Source of the DNA: Capsulimonadales bacterium
Lineage (GTDB): Bacteria; Armatimonadota; Armatimonadia; Armatimonadales; Armatimonadaceae
Direction of reading: 5' to 3'
DNA length: 33,126 nt
Assembly: GCA_033762295.1 (NCBI GenBank)
Contig: JANRLW010000026.1
Location: 1 to 33,126 of the forward strand
Part shown: piece after piece, positions 26,617 through 33,126 of the stretch
How positions within the stretch are numbered: position 1 is the first letter of the stretch
Layout of the letters: every line of letters starts with the position of its first letter
Position numbers and translations under genes: made by a program
The notes under the pieces: model-generated
Told to the model about the DNA's origin: nothing
The model's input: the letters and a program-made list of their open reading frames with translations, nothing else
Database searches by the model: none

Positions 26617-28587
26617 TCAACCGGGGAGAACGGCGTACCCCACTTTGGTAGCGTATCCGAGGGCGATCCACAAAATACCGTTCAATACGTCGCCCAGCAC
26701 CAGTCCCAGGAAAAACGGCATTCCCCCAAGGTATCCCTTCATGCCGCCGTAACGCGAGATCAGCGTCTTGAAAACCCAGCCGATAAAGATCGAGACCCAG
26801 AGCATATTCATGGCATAGACGGTCGCGCAAAGGAACCCGATCGGATGAATTCCGATATTGAACTGCGCCCGCAGCAGCAGCATGCCGAGAACTCCCATGA
26901 AGCCGGCGGCGACGTTGAGCAGGTTGGTCGCGTAACCGCGATAGGGAAGACTGGCCGCGCCGCCCAGGAACGAGAGCGGCCGTTCCGGCGCCCACCGGTA
27001 GGTAAACTCGTTGTTCAGACTGTTTCCGCCCCCATTGTAATACGGCAGTTGCAGGGAGGCGTAGAGGGACACCCCGAACCCGATCAGAACCGTCGCCACA
27101 ATGGCGACCATCAACGGGCGGACCCGGAAGGAGCCGACCTCGCCCGTCTTTGCCGCCATCAGCACCGAAGGCGCGAGCATCTCCCGTGTATCGTAGAAGA
27201 ACATGCTCTCGAACCGATACATGGTAAACATATCAGGGATTTTGAACGCCCCCGTTCCGACGATGCTCTTGACGATATCCATCGAGCCGTAGGGCTGCGC
27301 CATGAACAGCAGCCCGGCCTGACACACGACCCAGGAGATCACGATCAGGGCCAGAGTCATGGTGGTCAGGGAAAGGGCGATCAGAAGGACATTGACGCGC
27401 GCCAGGAAGAGCCAGACGGCGATCCCGAGGTAGGCGATCAGCAGACCGAAGACGGCGACCCGGTAGGGCAACAGTTCATCGCTGTCGTCGATCGAAGACG
27501 CCCGCGGTCCCCCGAACGCCTTCTCGAACACGTTACGAAAATGCGTTCGTCCCGTCCAAAGGGTCCAGGCGACCAGCGCCAGACCGCCGCCGTACGCCTG
27601 CAGCGAATGAAATTCCCGATCGCCGTACCCCTGCGCGCCGGGCATATCCAGATTCCAGAGAACCCCGACCAGGACTTCCATCTTGACGAAAAGGTAGAAG
27701 AACCACATCGAGAAACAGACTTCCGCCGGCAGGAGGAACGACAGACCGATCACCAGCGGATAGATATTTAATGGAATCCAGCCGAGCTGGTTCCACGGGC
27801 GCACGGTCAGGTAGTCGTTTCCGTTCCAGGACATCTGGATATCCGGGATTGACGGATACAGAAGATGCAGACCGCGCACCGTGTGGATGACCGTGACCAG
27901 ACCGACACCGATCCACAGGAGCGGTTGACGCAGAAAGTCGTTGACGTACCGTCCCGGCGGCGGGTCCTCGGCAATCAGCACCGGGAGCGTCACGAAGGGA
28001 AAGGTAAATTTCTCGTTCTCCACCCATTGCCGACGGAGAATGGCGGAAAGGCAGAAAGTCGCCAGTAAAAACAGAAGCGCCAGCGGAATCCAGACGGCCA
28101 GCGGTTGCACCCAGGCGTCCCAGGGAATGCGCTCCTGCCCGAGCGAGTATCCTTTGAAGAAGGCGTCGGCTGCCGCCTTGTCCGGGAACTTCAGGAGGTC
28201 CGGGATATCCTTCCAGACCTTGTCCTCCCAGCCGTTCCCGGAATCGGAGGCGTATCGAAGGAAGACGATGTGCGGGACGAAGTACCGCATCATTCCCGAC
28301 GAGGGCAGGCCGGAGGCGACCAGGATCAGGCTCCAGACCGTCAGAATCTCGCCCTTGGAAAAGGCGCGGGCGGGGGCGAAACGACGCACCAGCGGGTTCA
28401 CCAGAAACGACAGAACGAAGACCACGAACAGCGCACCGACCGGAAATTGCGTTCCGGCGATATAGGTCGCCGCGACTTTGAAATCGTTATAAGGCGTGAA
28501 CGCGCAGAAAAAGATCGCGCAGAAAAGGCCGATCAGCACCGATCGTGCGGTCACGCCCCGGCTTGCCAGGGACTTGGGAGAGAGCAT
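26617..28587 (-). CDS. Large polytopic membrane protein (DUF6785/DUF6784-like, putative transporter)
   Basis: Many hydrophobic segments; RRQWVENEKFTFP, IHPIGF and PFFLGLVLGD motifs; start uncertain (28587-28605). Confidence 0.7.
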   Translation of the reverse strand: MLSPKSLASRGVTARSVLIGLFCAIFFCAFTPYNDFKVAATYIAGTQFPVGALFVVFVLSFLVNPLVRRFAPARAFSKGEILTVWSLILVASGLPSSGMMRYFVPHIVFLRYASDSGNGWEDKVWKDIPDLLKFPDKAAADAFFKGYSLGQERIPWDAWVQPLAVWIPLALLFLLATFCLSAILRRQWVENEKFTFPFVTLPVLIAEDPPPGRYVNDFLRQPLLWIGVGLVTVIHTVRGLHLLYPSIPDIQMSWNGNDYLTVRPWNQLGWIPLNIYPLVIGLSFLLPAEVCFSMWFFYLFVKMEVLVGVLWNLDMPGAQGYGDREFHSLQAYGGGLALVAWTLWTGRTHFRNVFEKAFGGPRASSIDDSDELLPYRVAVFGLLIAYLGIAVWLFLARVNVLLIALSLTTMTLALIVISWVVCQAGLLFMAQPYGSMDIVKSIVGTGAFKIPDMFTMYRFESMFFYDTREMLAPSVLMAAKTGEVGSFRVRPLMVAIVATVLIGFGVSLYASLQLPYYNGGGNSLNNEFTYRWAPERPLSFLGGAASLPYRGYATNLLNVAAGFMGVLGMLLLRAQFNIGIHPIGFLCATVYAMNMLWVSIFIGWVFKTLISRYGGMKGYLGGMPFFLGLVLGDVLNGILWIALGYATKVGYAVLPG

Positions 28588-28658
28588 AGGGAACCATCTC
28601 ATCATACAGCGTTTCCGCCGGCTTTCAAAGCAGGAGACGATATAATGCCGGAGGCAAT

Positions 28659-29339
28659 ATGGAACGAACGGCAACTCGGTACTTCCCGGCAGCGCTGAAT
28701 GTGGAGGGAAAACGCTGTATCGTCGTCGGCGGCGGCAGCGTCGGGGGGCGCAAGGCGCTCGCGCTTCAGGAATGCGGCGCGGAAGTGATCGTGATCGCTC
28801 CGCAAATCGACGAGACCCTGGCGGAAGCGGTTCGCCGGGGCGACATCCGGCATCTGCGGACCCGTTTCTCTCCGGAACTTCTGGCCGGGGCGTTCCTTTG
28901 CATCCTCGCGACGGACGACCCGGCGGTCAATGCTCTGGCTCTGGAAACCGCGCGGCAGGAGAAAATTCTCTGTAATCTGGCGGGCGCACGACCCGATAAT
29001 GAATCCGGTGGCGAAACGAATGCCGAGACCGGCGACTTCGTCACGATGGCATCGGTGCGCCGGGGGGAACTCTTGCTGGCGGTGACGACGGGCGGGGCCG
29101 GACCGTCGCTTGCCGCAAAAATTCGGCGTCGCTGGGAAACGGAATTCGGTCCGGAATGGTCTGAGTATATGGAATTGCTGCGCAGGATGCGACTCGAAGC
29201 GAAAAACCGAATACCGGGGGAAGCGGACCGCTTTGCGGCGTTGCGCCGTCTGGTCTCCGACGAACGTCTGCTGCCGCTTCTGGCGCAGGGCGAACGGGAG
29301 CAAGCGTTGCAGGAGGCGCGAAAATGCCTCTTTCCGTAA
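28659..29339 (+). CDS. Precorrin-2 dehydrogenase/sirohydrochlorin ferrochelatase (SirC/Met8/CysG N-terminal type)
   Basis: YFP..LNVEGKRCIVVGGGSVG.RK, ATDD, AVTTGGAGPSLA. Confidence 0.92.
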   Translation: MERTATRYFPAALNVEGKRCIVVGGGSVGGRKALALQECGAEVIVIAPQIDETLAEAVRRGDIRHLRTRFSPELLAGAFLCILATDDPAVNALALETARQEKILCNLAGARPDNESGGETNAETGDFVTMASVRRGELLLAVTTGGAGPSLAAKIRRRWETEFGPEWSEYMELLRRMRLEAKNRIPGEADRFAALRRLVSDERLLPLLAQGEREQALQEARKCLFP

Positions 29340-30649
29340 TCGGCCTTTCTCATAACACCGGCGCGCCGGTGGATATTCGGGAGCGCGTCGCGTTTACGAC
29401 TCCGGGAGCCGCCGAGAACGCCCTCGTCGGACTGCGTGATGCCCTGGGTCCGGGCATCGAGTGCGTTCTTGTCTCCACCTGCAACCGGACCGAACTGTAC
29501 CTCGCCTCCGCCGCCGACCTGCCGTCGGCCGACGTGCTCGATCTTTTGCTCTCCACACGCGGTTTGACCGAAGCGGAACAGGTTCGTCCCTACTTTTCCG
29601 AGCGGATCGGTCATCGGGCCATCGAGCATCTTTTCCGGGTCGGCGCGGGGCTTGACAGCATGATCCTCGGCGAAACGGATATCGTCCGCCAGATCAAGGA
29701 GTCCTATCGAATCGCCGCCGATCAGGGGTGCTGCGGCAAGACGCTGAATCTCCTGTTCCATGAAGCCCTGCGGGTCGCCAAACGAACACGATCCGAGACC
29801 GACATGGGGCGGGGCGCTTTCTCCATCGGGCATGCCGCCGCCGAGGTGGCCCGCAATATCTTCGGCGGGGAGAGCGGGCGGACGGTGCTGCTGCTCGGCG
29901 CGGGGAAGATGACCGAGACGACCGCTCGTCATCTGCTCGCTCCGGGAACGGCCTTCGCCGGCGGTTCCTCCGTCGTGGTGGCGAACCGGACCTACGACCG
30001 CGCCGTCCGTCTCGCCGAAACCCTGGGCGGTCAGGCGATCCGATACGATGTCTTCCCGGAGTATCTGGCCAAGGCCGATATCGTCATCGCTTCCACCGCC
30101 GCACCGCGCCCGATCGTCAGCCGCGAGATGGTGGAGAACGCCCTGAAGCACCGGCGGCATCGCGACCCGCTGTTTTTCATCGATATCGCCGTGCCACGTG
30201 ACATCGAGGCCGCGGTCGGCGACCTGCCGGGGGTCTTTCTCTACAATATCGACGACCTGAAACAACTGGTCGAGGAGGATATGGCGGAACGGCGCACCCG
30301 CGCGGCTCGGGCCGAGCAGATCGTCCGTGAGGAGGCGCTGTCGTTCGCCCGCCGACTACAGGCCACGGCGACCGCCACCCCGATCCTGACCGCTCTCCGG
30401 GCCAATCACCATGCGATCATCGCCGCCGAGGTTGCTCGCCTTCGCCAGCGTCTCCCGCATCTCTCGCCGGAGGAATGGAAGGTCATCGAAGCGTCCTTTA
30501 CCGCCGTCGAGAATAAACTGCTACACGGTCCGACCGTGCGCATCAAAGAGTATGCGGCCTCCCCGGACCATGCGGCGGCCAAGTTCGCGACGGTCCGCGA
30601 ACTATTCGATATCGGGACCGAGGAAGAGCACCCGGAGGTTGCTTCGTGA
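29324..30649 (+). CDS. hemA: Glutamyl-tRNA reductase
   Basis: STCNRTELY, GLDSMILGE, GAGKM, NRT, DIAVPRDI, KLLHGPT. Confidence 0.97.
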   Translation: MPLSVIGLSHNTGAPVDIRERVAFTTPGAAENALVGLRDALGPGIECVLVSTCNRTELYLASAADLPSADVLDLLLSTRGLTEAEQVRPYFSERIGHRAIEHLFRVGAGLDSMILGETDIVRQIKESYRIAADQGCCGKTLNLLFHEALRVAKRTRSETDMGRGAFSIGHAAAEVARNIFGGESGRTVLLLGAGKMTETTARHLLAPGTAFAGGSSVVVANRTYDRAVRLAETLGGQAIRYDVFPEYLAKADIVIASTAAPRPIVSREMVENALKHRRHRDPLFFIDIAVPRDIEAAVGDLPGVFLYNIDDLKQLVEEDMAERRTRAARAEQIVREEALSFARRLQATATATPILTALRANHHAIIAAEVARLRQRLPHLSPEEWKVIEASFTAVENKLLHGPTVRIKEYAASPDHAAAKFATVRELFDIGTEEEHPEVAS

Positions 30650-31467
30650 TCGGCAGCGGGAGCGTCCTGGTCGTGACCGTGGCGCTCTACCTGGGCGGGG
30701 CGGTCCTCTTCGGCGCGAACCTGCTGCTCCGGCATCCGTCCCTGCGACGCGTCGGGCGTGTGGTCACCATTCTGGCGGCGTTGACCCATATGGCGGCGAT
30801 CGGCCTTCGCTGCGCGGAACTACAAAGGGCGCCGTTTGTCACCCCGGCCGAATCGCTGTCGCTGCTCGCCTGGATCACCGTTCTCGCCTACATGGCCGCG
30901 GACCTGCGTGGCCGACTCACGGCAATCGGTCCGTTCGCGCTCGGCCTGGCGTTTCTTCTGGTCGTACTGGCCGCCCTGCTGCCTTCGGCCACAACGCTCC
31001 CCGGCGAAAACGCGTCCCTGCTGGCGTCGAACGTCATCTCCCTGCATATCCTGGCGACGGTCGGCGCGATCGGGGTCTTCGCGCTGGCGTTCTGCTGCGC
31101 GGCACTCTATCTGACGGCGCACCACATTCTGAAGACGAAGCATGGCCTGGTCCGGATGAAACCTCTGCCACCCCTCACCGTGGTGGAATCGTCCGCCTTC
31201 ACGCTGATCGCGGTCGGGTTCCCGCTACTGACCCTGGGAATACTGGCCGGTTTGCTGCGGGCCTGGCGCGAGGGACTGCCGGCCAGCTGGATCTGGGACC
31301 CCAAAGCGCTTCTCTCCTACGCGGTCTGGGCGGTCTACGCGGCCTATCTGATCGGTCGCAACCTGCTCAACCAGCCGCCGATCCGTACCTCCTATGTCCT
31401 GATCGTCGGGCTGCTCCTCTCGCTCCTGCTCTTCCTCGCCCCTACGACCTTCCACCGCTTCCACTGA
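30646..31467 (+). CDS. Cytochrome c assembly protein, CcsA/HemX family
   Basis: About 8 TM helices, conserved His (LH), GFPLLTLGI, WIWDPK; coupled to hemA by GTGA. Confidence 0.85.
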   Translation: MIGSGSVLVVTVALYLGGAVLFGANLLLRHPSLRRVGRVVTILAALTHMAAIGLRCAELQRAPFVTPAESLSLLAWITVLAYMAADLRGRLTAIGPFALGLAFLLVVLAALLPSATTLPGENASLLASNVISLHILATVGAIGVFALAFCCAALYLTAHHILKTKHGLVRMKPLPPLTVVESSAFTLIAVGFPLLTLGILAGLLRAWREGLPASWIWDPKALLSYAVWAVYAAYLIGRNLLNQPPIRTSYVLIVGLLLSLLLFLAPTTFHRFH

Positions 31468-31509
31468 GTCCGCCGGGGGGGTGCGTCAGGGCGCGGGAAG
31501 TTGAGCGGT

Positions 31510-32562
31510 TTACCGGTCGCGGGCGACGACATACCGCGCCTGCTCGATCAGGGCGGTTCGATAGGCGCTTTCGGAGAATCGTCCCAGGCAGTCGATCGCC
31601 CGTTCGACCTGCTCCTCCGCGCCACGTCGCGCCTGTTCGAAGCCGCCATGCCGCGCAATGGTCGCGGTCACGCCCGCGATGTCGGCATCGCTGAGCGAGC
31701 CCCGCCCGAGAATCTCCCGAATATGCTGGCGCGTCTCGGCATCGGTCACCCGGATCGTATGCAGCAAGGGCAGCGTCACCCGCCCGTCCCGCAGATCGGT
31801 TCCGAGCGGCTTACCCGTCTTCTTCGGGTCACCGAGAAAATCGAGCAGGTCATCGACGATCTGGAAGGCCATCCCCAGATGCAGGCCGTAGGCATGCAGG
31901 CGAGACGCCTCGTCGTCGGTCGCTCCGCCGATGATCGCTCCGGTCTCGCAGCATCCGGCCAGAAAGGACGCCGTCTTTCGCGCGATGATCTCCTCGTAGG
32001 TTTCCATGTCGATATCCGGGTTCCTGGCGACGGCGGCCTGAAGCACTTCGCCCTCGGTCATGCCGACCGTGATATCGGAGAAGATGCGAATGACCCGGAG
32101 ATTTTCATCGTTGTGCACCAGCAATGAAACCGCCTTGGCAAACAGGTAATCGCCGGTCAGCACCGTGATTCCGTTGCCGTAGAGGGAGTTGGCGGTCGGA
32201 ACCCCACGCCGCTCCGGCGCGGAATCCACCACGTCATCGTGCATCAGGCTCGCCATGTGAATCAGTTCCGCCGCGGCGGCACCGGCGTACGCACGTTCCT
32301 TGGGGAAGTCGCGTCCGACCAGCCGGGCACAGAGGAGACCGAGCGCAGGTCGCAGACGCTTTCCGCCCGAGAGCAGCGTATGTCCGGAGATATCGCGAAC
32401 CGCGCCAATATCCGATCGGGTCACCTGCACCAGAATCTCCTCGACCCGGGCCAGGTCCCCCTCGATACAGCGCAGATAATGACCGGGAGAGGCCTTGGTC
32501 GGCGTGTCGGCGGTGGAAATTCCGTTCGTTTCCGGTCGGGTCCGTGTCAATGTCGCTTCCAT
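31510..32562 (-). CDS. Polyprenyl diphosphate synthase
   Basis: GGKRLRP, HDDVVD..RRG, KTA, FQIVDDLLD, GKPLGTDL; ATG overlaps the upstream TGA. Confidence 0.95.
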   Translation of the reverse strand: MEATLTRTRPETNGISTADTPTKASPGHYLRCIEGDLARVEEILVQVTRSDIGAVRDISGHTLLSGGKRLRPALGLLCARLVGRDFPKERAYAGAAAAELIHMASLMHDDVVDSAPERRGVPTANSLYGNGITVLTGDYLFAKAVSLLVHNDENLRVIRIFSDITVGMTEGEVLQAAVARNPDIDMETYEEIIARKTASFLAGCCETGAIIGGATDDEASRLHAYGLHLGMAFQIVDDLLDFLGDPKKTGKPLGTDLRDGRVTLPLLHTIRVTDAETRQHIREILGRGSLSDADIAGVTATIARHGGFEQARRGAEEQVERAIDCLGRFSESAYRTALIEQARYVVARDR

Positions 32563-33126
32563 CAGATTTTTTCCCCGCAGTGGATGACCACCGCTCCCAG
32601 CATCAGATCCTTGATTCGAATGTTCCGCAGGCCCGCCCGCTCCATGAACCCGGCGATCTCCTCGCGGGAATGGAAGGCGGCGACGGAGGAAGGAAGGTAT
32701 TCGTAGGCCGCGCGTTTCCCCGACACCAGGCCGCCCAGCCATGGCATCACCGAAAACGAGTACCAGCGGTAGAGAGTGGCGAACCAGGGGTGCTTCGGCT
32801 GATTGAACTCCAGCAGCACCACCCGGCCTCCGCTCCGGGAGACTCGCGCCATTTCGGCGATTCCTTTCGGTATGTCCGCCACGTTGCGAATACCGAAACC
32901 GACGGTCACCGCGTCAAAGCAGCCGTCAGGAAACGGCAGGGCCTGGGTATCGGCCAGCATCAACCGAACATGCCCGAGACGACGGACGGTTCGCTTGCGT
33001 TCGCCGAGTCCGAGCATCGGCGCGGAGAAATCGGTGCCGATCACCTGTCCGTTCGGTCCGACGCGTCGGGCCAGTTCGAAGGCGAAATCTCCCGTACCCG
33101 TACAGACATCGAGCGCGCGATTTCCC
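32562..33126 (-). CDS. UbiE/MenG-family quinone methyltransferase (5' end outside the window)
   Basis: LDVCTGTGDFA, DFSAPML, LPFPDGCFDAVTVGFGIRNV, AYEYLPSS. Confidence 0.93.
   Translation of the reverse strand, partial: GNRALDVCTGTGDFAFELARRVGPNGQVIGTDFSAPMLGLGERKRTVRRLGHVRLMLADTQALPFPDGCFDAVTVGFGIRNVADIPKGIAEMARVSRSGGRVVLLEFNQPKHPWFATLYRWYSFSVMPWLGGLVSGKRAAYEYLPSSVAAFHSREEIAGFMERAGLRNIRIKDLMLGAVVIHCGEKI

Overview
GC-rich bacterial chromosomal window, most likely Armatimonadota. This is inferred from several '[28 protein letters not shown]' prepilin/H-X9-DG genes, a PafA/Dop-family ligase and a DUF6785-type membrane protein. The left part (1-14.5 kb) is accessory: an OppD-type ATPase, a secreted serine hydrolase, an MBL hydrolase, an arsR-phoU-GNAT unit, a LacI regulator, three intact and one degenerate prepilin-like (DUF1559-type) genes, an exported DUF4198-like/heme-oxygenase-like fusion, a secreted transglutaminase-like protein and a secreted metallophosphoesterase. 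The right part is mostly housekeeping: RRM protein, LpxL-like acyltransferase, GDPD, tRNA-Ala(GGC), infC (probable ATA start)-LolA-like gene-rpmI-rplT-pheS, miaB, an orphan PafA-like gene, sirC-hemA-ccsA, polyprenyl synthase and a partial ubiE/menG. The best candidate for an undescribed system is the pilin-like genes sitting behind nutrient-type regulatory motifs (Fur-like box, Pho-box-like repeat) next to exported nutrient-releasing enzymes, including an apparently secreted heme-oxygenase-fold fusion. Many genes look leaderless. No CRISPR array or mobile element was seen. All family calls are by eye, with no database search.
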